64,000 bases of DNA from Patescibacteria group bacterium. Lineage in GTDB: Bacteria; Acidobacteriota; Polarisedimenticolia; Gp22-AA2. A program made the position numbers and the translations under genes. Position 1 is the first letter of the stretch. Each line of letters starts with the position of its first letter. The notes beneath the pieces were generated by a model, which saw only the letters and a program-made list of their open reading frames with translations, did no database searches and was not told where the DNA came from. Positions 30,986 to 39,900 of the stretch are shown piece by piece. The DNA is taken from the NCBI GenBank assembly GCA_035638115.1, contig DASRAN010000074.1:26062-90061 (forward strand). Direction: 5' to 3'.

Positions 30986-31543
30986 GTGGCGCTGACGGCG
31001 ACGATTCATGCGTTCGAGATCGAGCTGGCCGACACCGACCGCGGCGTCTACGAGACCCTCTCGCTGCGCGCGGCGCGGCACCCGTCGGAGACCGAGGAGT
31101 CCCTGATCACGCGGGTGCTCGCCTACTGCCTCGAGTACACGGAAGGGATCGGCTTCGCGAACGGGCTCCCGGGCCCCGACGAGCCGGCCATCGCGGTGCG
31201 CGATCTCACCGGCGCGCTGCGCGTCTGGATCGACGTCGGTGCGCCCGACGCCGCGCGCCTGCACAAGGCCGGCAAGGCGGCGCCGCGCGTGGCCGTCTAC
31301 ACGCACAAGGATCCGGTCCTGCTCGTCCGCCAGTGGTCGCGCGAGCGCATCCACCGGGCGGACCAGCTCGAGCTGTACAGCTTCGGCCGCGCGCTGCGCG
31401 ACGGTCTCCTGGCGCATCTGAAGCGCCGCACGGTCATGGCGCTCACCGTGGCCGGCGGACAGCTGCACGTCACCATCGAGGGCGAGGTCATCGAAGGCCG
31501 CGTCGAGCGTCACGAGCTGGGGCGCGCCGGCGACGCCCGATGA
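30986..31543 (+). CDS. yaeQ: YaeQ-family protein (PD-(D/E)XK-like)
   Basis: MALTATIHAFEIELADTDRGVYETLSLRAARHPSETEESLITRVLAYCLEY… matches the YaeQ N-terminal signature; GTG start with GGAGGG RBS. Confidence 0.85.
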   Translation: MALTATIHAFEIELADTDRGVYETLSLRAARHPSETEESLITRVLAYCLEYTEGIGFANGLPGPDEPAIAVRDLTGALRVWIDVGAPDAARLHKAGKAAPRVAVYTHKDPVLLVRQWSRERIHRADQLELYSFGRALRDGLLAHLKRRTVMALTVAGGQLHVTIEGEVIEGRVERHELGRAGDAR

Positions 31544-31746
31544 ACGGCACGGCGTCGCTCGTCTGGGACATCCTGTTCGGCGCGGTCGGGGGCGGGTATT
31601 TCATCTACGGCAAGAAGCAGCAGGAGCCGCTCCCCATGCTCTGCGGGTTCGGGCTGATGATCTATCCGTACTTCGTCTCGAACACCGTCCTCCTGGTCGT
31701 CATCGGAGCGATCCTGATGGCGATCCCGTTTCTCTTCAGGGACTGA
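31540..31746 (+). CDS. Small (68-aa) two-helix membrane protein, translationally coupled to yaeQ (ATGA overlap)
   Basis: ATG 31540 overlaps the yaeQ stop TGA 31541-31543; two hydrophobic helices (…ILFGAVGGGYFIY… / …VLLVVIGAILMAIPFLF). Confidence 0.5.
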   Translation: MNGTASLVWDILFGAVGGGYFIYGKKQQEPLPMLCGFGLMIYPYFVSNTVLLVVIGAILMAIPFLFRD

Positions 31747-31852
31747 GCGGGACGCTTTCCGCGGGCGCCCGGACCGGGACGATGAGGTACTGTATGCGGG
31801 CGGTATCGACGTCGCGGGGCCGCCACGGTCTCGGAATGAGAGGAGGCATCCC

Positions 31853-31984
31853 ATGCTGCGCAGGCTGATGATGATCGCCGGATTGCTGCTGCTCGGGTCG
31901 TCCGCGGCGCTGGCGGGGCCCTTCTACATGAGCGACGTCGACGAGCTGACGCAGACGAGCGCGGGCGTCGATTTTCGTTTCTGA
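31853..31984 (+). CDS. 43-codon upstream ORF with a signal-peptide-like N-terminus; stop lies 10 nt before the ABC-F start (candidate leader or small secreted peptide)
   Basis: Strong RBS GAGAGGAGG 7 nt upstream of ATG 31853; MLRRLMMIAGLLLLGSSAALAGPFYMSDVDELTQTSAGVDFRF*. Not in the ORF track because it is under 60 aa. Confidence 0.4.
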   Translation: MLRRLMMIAGLLLLGSSAALAGPFYMSDVDELTQTSAGVDFRF

Positions 31985-31994
31985 ACGGAGATGA

Positions 31995-33836
31995 ATGCCC
32001 CGACCGGCGCTCGTCAACTGCGAGGACCTCACCAAGTCGTTCGGCGGGCCGCCGCTGTTCGAGGGGCTGACGTTCGCCCTTCACGAGGGCGATCACCTCG
32101 GGCTGGTCGGCCCGAACGGCGCGGGGAAGTCGACGCTCCTGAAGATCCTCGGCGGTCTCGAGACCGCCGACTCGGGGAGCTGCGCGCGCCGCAAGGGGAT
32201 CCGGGTCGGTCACGTCCCGCAGACGCCGGTCTTCGAGGCGGACAGGACGGCTGAAGAGATCGTCGCGGAAGCGGTCGCCACCGACCACCGGCTGGACGAT
32301 CACGAGCGGCACCGCTCCGTCAGCCTGGCGCTGCGCAAGGCGGGGTTCGCCGATCCCGAAGTCTCCACCAGCGTCCTCTCGGGGGGCTGGCGCGCCAGGC
32401 TGGCCATCGCGCGCGAGCTCGCCCGCGCGCCCGACCTGCTCCTGCTCGACGAGCCGACCAACCATCTCGACATCGACTCGATCCTCTGGCTCGAGGATCT
32501 CCTGACCCAGCAGACCGGCACGTTCGTGGTCATCAGCCACGACCGCTACTTTCTCGAGCGCGTCGCGCGCCGGATGCTGGAGATCAACCGTCTCCACGAC
32601 TCGGGGCTCTTCGAGGTCGCCGGAACGTACGCCGACTTCCTGGAGGCGCGCGATGCCGCGCTGAGCAACCAGGAGGCCTACCGCGACACCCTGGCCGGCC
32701 TGGTCCGCAAGGAGGTGGCCTGGCTGCGCCGCGGCGCCAAGGCGCGGACGTCCAAGTCGAAGGCGCGCATCCAGTCGGCGGAGCGCAGCATCGAGGAGCT
32801 CGCGGCGGCGCGCGCCCGCAGCGTCGCCCCGACCGTCGACATCGAGTTCTCCGCCTCCGGACGGAAGACGAAGCGGCTCTGGGCCTGCGAAGGCCTGCGG
32901 ATCGCGTTCGGCCCGGCCCCGATCATCGAGAACCTCGATCTTCTTCTGACGCCGGGCATGCGGTGCGGCGTCATCGGCCCCAACGGGTCGGGCAAGACGT
33001 CTCTCTTGAGAGCCATCGTCGGAGAGCTGCCCCCCGCGGCGGGGACCATCCGCCCCGCCGAGGGGCTGCGGGTCGTCTATTTCGACCAGAACCGGGAATC
33101 CCTCGACCCGTCGCTCACGCTCAAGCGGGCGCTCGCGCCCGCCGGCGACAGCGTCATCTACCGCGATCGCGCCCTGCACGTCGCGTCGTGGGCGAAGCGC
33201 TTCCTGTTCCGTCCCGCGCAGCTCGAGACTCCGGTCTCCCGCCTGTCGGGAGGCGAGCGCGCCCGGATCGTCCTCGCCCGGATGATGCTCCAGCCCGCCG
33301 ACCTCCTGGTCCTCGACGAGCCGACGAACGACCTCGACATCCCGGCGCTCGAGGTCCTCGAGGAGGCGCTGCTCGAGTTCCCCGGCGCCCTCGTGATGGT
33401 CAGCCACGATCGCTTCCTTCTCGATCGCGTGTCGACCCAGATCATCGCGCTCGACGGCCGGGGCGGCGCGCAGCACTTCGCCGACTACGATCAATGGGAG
33501 TCGAACCGCCCGGTGCCCGGCCGCCCCGGGAGAGCCGGCGCGCGCGCCACCGCCGAGAAGGCGATCGCGCCGGGCGCGGCCACCCCGTCGGCGAAGACGC
33601 GGGCCTCGAACGCGAAACGCCTCAGCTATCTCGAGCAGCGCGAGTGGTCCGGCATCGAGGCCGCGGTGCTCGACGCCGAGACGCGGCTCGCCGAAGCGCA
33701 CCGTCGCGCCGAGGATCCCGCCATCGCGACGGACGCGGTCCTGCTGCAGGAGCGTCTGACGCAGCTCGAGACCCTCAGGGCCGAAGTCGACCGCCTCTAC
33801 GCCCGCTGGGCCGTCCTGGAAGAGAAACTGAAGTAG
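31995..33836 (+). CDS. ABC-F family ATPase with a C-terminal coiled-coil extension (Uup/YheS-like architecture)
   Basis: Walker A GPNGAGKST and GPNGSGKTS, two LSGG signatures, an inter-domain linker region, and a C-terminal coiled coil. Confidence 0.9.
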   Translation: MPRPALVNCEDLTKSFGGPPLFEGLTFALHEGDHLGLVGPNGAGKSTLLKILGGLETADSGSCARRKGIRVGHVPQTPVFEADRTAEEIVAEAVATDHRLDDHERHRSVSLALRKAGFADPEVSTSVLSGGWRARLAIARELARAPDLLLLDEPTNHLDIDSILWLEDLLTQQTGTFVVISHDRYFLERVARRMLEINRLHDSGLFEVAGTYADFLEARDAALSNQEAYRDTLAGLVRKEVAWLRRGAKARTSKSKARIQSAERSIEELAAARARSVAPTVDIEFSASGRKTKRLWACEGLRIAFGPAPIIENLDLLLTPGMRCGVIGPNGSGKTSLLRAIVGELPPAAGTIRPAEGLRVVYFDQNRESLDPSLTLKRALAPAGDSVIYRDRALHVASWAKRFLFRPAQLETPVSRLSGGERARIVLARMMLQPADLLVLDEPTNDLDIPALEVLEEALLEFPGALVMVSHDRFLLDRVSTQIIALDGRGGAQHFADYDQWESNRPVPGRPGRAGARATAEKAIAPGAATPSAKTRASNAKRLSYLEQREWSGIEAAVLDAETRLAEAHRRAEDPAIATDAVLLQERLTQLETLRAEVDRLYARWAVLEEKLK

Positions 33837-33993
33837 AGCGCCCGGACGGCCGCCGTCCGACTACAATGGTTCGCAATCCAGCAAGAGCGCGAGACGTCGC
33901 GCGTCCCGGCGCGGCCTCGACTCACGGCTTCCGCCGGACGCCGGGCCGTCGTCACGATCGCTGCCCCCTAACGTCACGGGATGGAAGCGCGCC

Positions 33994-36900
33994 ATGAAGG
34001 TTTCCGCCGTCATCGACAGAGTGTCACCCGCGGAGGAGCCGATCCGGGCCGAGCTGTTCGGCATCGAGCGGCTGGAAGAACACGCCGAGAGCCTGGCGGT
34101 GGCCCACCGCGCCGCCGGGTCTCCCCCGCGCGGGCGGAACATCCTTCCCAGGGTTCGCGACAATGCGCACGTGCTGCTGGCCGGATACCGGAGCATCGCG
34201 GCGACGGTCCTGGCGAAGCACGAGATCACGCCCGCCGCGGAGTGGATCCTCGACAATTTCCACGTCGTCGACGATCAGCTGCGGGGGATCCGCGACCACC
34301 TGCCGGGGAGCTACTACCGTCTCCTGCCGAAGATCGCCGCCGGACATCTCGCGGGATACCCGCGCGTGTACGGCCTCGCATGGGCCTACGTCGCCCACAC
34401 CGACAGCCGCTTCGAGATGGAGACGCTGCGGCGATTCGTCCGGGCCTACCAGCGCGTCTCTCCGCTGACCATCGGAGAGATCTGGGCGGTCGCCATCCAT
34501 CTCCGGGTGGCGCTGGTCGAGAACCTGCGACGCCTGTCGCAGCTGATCATCGGCTCCCGCGAGGAAAGGGCCCGGGCCGACGCGCTCGCGGACCGGCTGC
34601 TGGGCCTAGGCGAAAAGCCCCCGGAGCGCCCGAACGAGGTCTTGAGGGGCCTGGGCGGCGCTCCGCTGACCCGCGCGTTCGCGGTGCAGCTCGTGCAGCG
34701 GCTGCGCGGCCAGGATCTTTCGATCATGCCGGCGCTGGAGTGGCTCGAGAAGACGCTCTCCGCGCAGGGGACCTCGGCCGACGAGCTGGTCGCCCAGGAG
34801 CACCAGTCCCAGGCCGCGGGCAACGTCACCGTCCGCAACATCATCACCAGCATGCGATGGATGTCCTCCATCGACTGGACCGAGTTCTTCGAGAGCGTCA
34901 GCCTGGTGGACGAGGTCCTGCGCACCGCACCCGGATATGCCGCCATGGACTTCACGACCCGGGATAGGTACCGCGCCCGGATCGAGCTGCTGTCCCGGCG
35001 ATCGAAGCATTCCGAGATCGAGGTGGCGCGCGAAGCGGTGCTCCTGGCCCGGGACGCTTCCGTGAAGAACGGGCGGACGGAGACGCTCCCCGGCGTTCCC
35101 GACCGGGCCGAGAGCGACCCCGGCTATTACATCGTGGCCGGAGGACGGAGGGCGTTCGAGAGCCGGCTGGGGTTCCGCGTCCCCCTGAAGATCCGCCTCC
35201 GCCGCGCCCATCGCGCCATCGGGATGATCGGCTACCTGGGAGGGATCGCGGTCCTCACGGCCCTCGTGCTCTCGTTGCCTCTGTCCCTGACCTGGAGCGC
35301 GGGAGCGGCCGCCTGGACTCTCGTCCTCCTGGGGATCCTCGGCCTGGTGCCGGCCTCGGACATCGCAGTGGCTCTCATCCATCGCCTGGTTCCGTTTCTC
35401 GTGCCGCCGCGACTGCTCCCCAAGCTCGAGCTCGCCCAGGGAGTGCCGCCGGAGCTGCGCACCCTGGTCGCCGTGCCCACGATGCTCGCGCGCCAGGCCG
35501 ACATCGAAGGACAGCTCGAGCGTCTCGAGGTCCACCATCTGGCGAACCCGGAAGGTCATCTCCACTTCGCCCTGCTGACGGACTGGACCGACGCGGCCGA
35601 GGAGACGATGCCGGGCGACGCGGAGCTGCTCGCGGCGATGGCCGACGGCATCGCGCGCCTGAATGCGCGCCATGGGAACGCTCCGGACGGTCAGGAGCGC
35701 TTCCTGCTTCTGCATCGCAGGCGGCTCTGGAACGAAAAGGAAGGCAAGTGGATCGGCTGGGAACGGAAGCGCGGCAAGCTCCATGAGCTGAACCGGCTGC
35801 TGCGCGGCGCCCCGGATACCACCTTCCTGTCCATCAATGACCGGCCGCCGCCGGTGCCGCCGGGAGTCCGGTACGTCATCACGCTGGACGCCGACACGCG
35901 GCTCCCCAGGGGCACCGCCCGGCAGCTGGTGGGCGCGATGGCGCACCCGCTGAACCGTCCCCGCTTCGATCCCAGCAAGGGACGCGTCGTCGAGGGTTAC
36001 GCGATCCTGCAGCCGCGGATCACCCCGTCCCTGCCGACAGGCCCCGCCAGCACGATCTACCAGCGGATCGTCTCCGGTCCCGGTGGCGTCGATCCCTACG
36101 CGGCCGCGGTCTCCGACGTGTACCAGGATCTGTTCGGCGAGGGCTCGTACACGGGCAAGGGCATCTACGACGTCGACGTGTTCGAAGCGGCCCTTGAAGG
36201 CAAGGTCCCGGAGAACACGCTCCTCAGCCACGATCTCTTCGAGAGCTCGTTCGCGCGCGCCGGGCTGGCGACCGACGTCGACCTGTTCGAGGAGTTCCCC
36301 ACCAACTACGAAGTGGATGCGCGCCGCCACCATCGCTGGGCGCGCGGCGACTGGCAGCTCCTGCCCTGGATCCTGGGCCACGCGCGCGACACCGCGGGGG
36401 GGCGGCAGCCGGCCCGGATCCCGATCCATGGCCGCTGGAAGATGCTCGACAACCTGCGTCGCAGCCTGGCCGCGCCCGCGGCGTTCATGGTCGCGGTGGC
36501 CGCCTGGATCCTCCCCGGTGTTCCCCCGCTCTCCTGGACCGCTCTGTTCGTCGGATCCATCGTGCTGCCGGCCCTGATCCCGATCCTCGACGGCCTCCTG
36601 CCGCAGCGCTGGGGTTTCTCCAAGCGGAACCACCTGCGCGCCGTGGGCCACGACGTCCTCATGGCGACGTCGCAGACGCTTCTGGCCGTCACCATGCTGC
36701 CCTACCGGGCCTGGCTGATGACGGATGCGGTCATCCGCACGCTCGTCCGGGTCTACGTCACGAGGCGCAACCTCCTCGAATGGATGACGGCCGCCCGGTC
36801 GGGCCGCCGCGCCGACCTGAGGATCGGGGTCTTCTACTGGCGCCTCCGCTGGGGCGTGCTCCTGGCCGTCGCGGCCGGCCTGCTGGTGGTCGCGCTCAAG

Positions 36901-39900
36901 CCGGCCGCCTGGCCCCTGGCCACGCCGTTCGTGCTCCTCTGGTTGATCTCGCCGCTGCTCGCCTGGCGCCTCAGCATCCCCCCGAAAATCGCCAAGTCGC
37001 AGGTCCTCTCCCCGGAGGAGACGCGCGCCTTCCGGCAGGTCGCGCGGCGCACCTGGCGCTACTTCGAGACCTTCGTGGATCAGGAGAATCACTCGCTGCC
37101 GCTCGACAACTTCCAGGAGGATCCCGATCCGGTCGGTGCGCACCGCACCTCGCCGACGAACCTGGGACTCTACCTGCTCGGCACGACAGTCGCGTGCGAC
37201 TTCGGCTGGATCGGAATCCGGGACCTGGTGGACCGCCTCGAGGCGACGCTCGGAACGATGACCACCCTGCATCGGGTCCATGGGCACTTCGTCAACTGGT
37301 ACGACTCGCGGACCCTCCGGCCGCTCGAGCCGCTGTACGTCTCCACGGTGGACAGCGGCAATCTGGCCGGGCACCTCATCGCCGTCGCCCAGGCCTGCCG
37401 CGAGCTGAGGCAACGTCCGCCGTGCGGTCCAGAGGTTCCCGACGGGATCCGGGACGCTCTCGAGCTGCTTCTCGCCTCGGTCGCGAGGATCGGTCGTCCG
37501 AGACGGGGCAAGAGGGCCGTGGCGGCGCGGCTGCGCGAGACCGCCGAAGCGATGTCGGCCCGTCTCGAGGTGCCGCCGACCTCCGCGCCCGAATGGAGAC
37601 AACGATTCGAGGAGCTGAAGGCGGAGTCGGACAGGCTCGTGGATCTCGCCACCCAGCTCGCGAGCGACGTCGAGGCCGGGGGTCCGGAGGCCGGCGCCCG
37701 GGACGTCGGCGCCCGGGATGTCGGCGCTGGATCGGAGATCGTCGCCTGGGCCGAGGCCGTCCGGGTCACCATCAGGAGCCATGCCCGCGATCTGAGCGGA
37801 GGGGACCCCGGCCTGACGCAGCACCTCTCCGATCTCGCCTCGCTGGCGGAGGACATGGCCCAGGCGATGGAGTTCCGATTCCTCTTCGATCCCGTCCGCA
37901 AGATCTTCTCGATCGGCTACCGCGTGAGCGACGGCACGCTCGATCCGTCCGGCTACGACCTGCTGGCCTCCGAGGCCCGGCTGGCCAGCTTCGTGGCCAT
38001 CGCCAAAGGGGACGTCTCGCCCCTGCACTGGTTCCTCCTCGGCCGCTCCCTCACGCCGGTGGGCCGCGGCGCCGCCCTCGTCTCCTGGTCGGGGTCGATG
38101 TTCGAATACCTGATGCCGCTTCTGGTGATGCGGCAGCCGACACGGAGCCTTCTGGATCTCACCTGCCGCCTCGTGGTCGGGCGCCAGATCCGATACGGCG
38201 CGGAGCGCGGAGTTCCCTGGGGCATCTCGGAATCGGCGTACAACGTGCGCGACGCGGAGCTCACCTATCAGTATTCGGATTTCGGCGTGCCCGGTCTGGG
38301 TCTGAAGCGCGGACTGTTCGAGGACCTGGTGGTCGCTCCCTACGCCACGGCGCTCGCGGCGATGGTGAATCCCCGGGCCGCCCTGGACAATTTTTCACGC
38401 CTCGAGGAGGCGGGGGCCCGCGGCGCCTACGGATTCTATGACGCGCTCGATTACACGCTGTCGCGTCTCCCGGAGGGCAGCCGTCTGGCGGTGGTCCGCG
38501 CCTACATGGCCCATCACCAGGGGATGACCATCGTGTCGATGGGGAACGTGGTCCACGACGGGGCGACCCAGAGGCGCTTTCACTCCCATCCGATGGTCCA
38601 GGCGGCGGAGCTGCTGCTCCAGGAACGGACGCCGCGCTCGGTGGCGGTCACGCGCCCGCGGGGCGAGGAGGTGCGGGAGGCCGCGCACGTCCGCGATCTG
38701 GTGCCCCCCACCCTGCGGCGGTTCGATTCGCCGCACGACATCACGCCCCGCACCCATCTCCTGTCGAACGGCCGTTACACGGTCATGATCACGGCGGCGG
38801 GCTCGGGGTTCAGCCGGTGGGGCGGCCTGGCCGTCACCCGCTGGCGGGAGGACTCGACCCGCGACTGCTGGGGGACGTTCATCTACCTGAGAGACGCCGG
38901 AACGGGGGAGGTCTGGTCCGCGGGTTTCCAGCCGTGCGGGGCCGAAGCGGAACAGTACGAAGTCGTCTACTCCGAGGATCAGGCCCGGATCACGCAGCGC
39001 TCTGCATCCCTCAAGATCGTCCTCGAGATCCTGGTCTCGCCCGAGGACGACGCCGAGCTGCGCCGGGTGACGGTGACCAATCTCGAAGACCGCGATCGCG
39101 AGATCGACTTCACCTCCTACGCCGAAGTGGTGATGGCTCCACAGCCGGCGGATGAGGCCCACCCGGCCTTCTCGAACCTTTTCGTGGAGACGGAGTTCGT
39201 CGCCACGCACGGGACCCTGCTGGCGACGCGGCGCCCCCGTTCCGCCGACGAGCCCCGGGCCTGGCTGGCCCACCTGGCCGCGCCCGACGGCGAGCCGGTT
39301 GATCCTCCCCAGCACGAGAGCGACCGCGCACGCTTCCTGGGCCGGGGCGGCGGCGTCCGGACGCCGCTCGGCGTGAACGGCGGGCGGCCGCTGTCGAACA
39401 CGACGGGGACGGTCCTCGATCCGATCGTGAGCCTGAGGTACAGGATGGCGCTGCCGGCCGGAGGGACCGCCCGTCTCGTGTTCACCACGCTCGTCGCAGG
39501 CTCGCGTGACGCCGCCCTCGAGACCGCGGAGAAGTATCGTCAGCCCGCGACCTTCGAGCGCGCCAGCTCGCTGGCGTGGACCCAGGCGCAGGTCCAGCTG
39601 CACCATCTCCGGATCAGCCGGGACGAGGCGCATCTCTTCCAGCGTCTGGCGAACCGGCTGCTGTACGTCGATCGCACCCTGCGCGCCGGTCATCAGGAGC
39701 GGGCCGCCAATCGCGGCGGGCCGGCGGGGCTCTGGGCCCACGGTCTCTCCGGGGATCTGCCGATCGCCGTGGTGCGCATCGAGACCGACGAGGAGCTCGA
39801 CGTCGCGCGCCAGCTCCTGAGGGCGCACGAGTACTGGCGCTTGAAGGGGATCCCGGCCGACCTGGTGATCCTGAACGCCAAGCGGACCTCCTACGCGCAG

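Noticed and set aside
33844-33860. GC hairpin cggacgg-ccg-ccgtccg directly after the ABC-F stop, as a possible terminator.
   Set aside because: A 7-bp stem with no U-tract; plausible but too weak to list as a feature. Term-seq would settle it.
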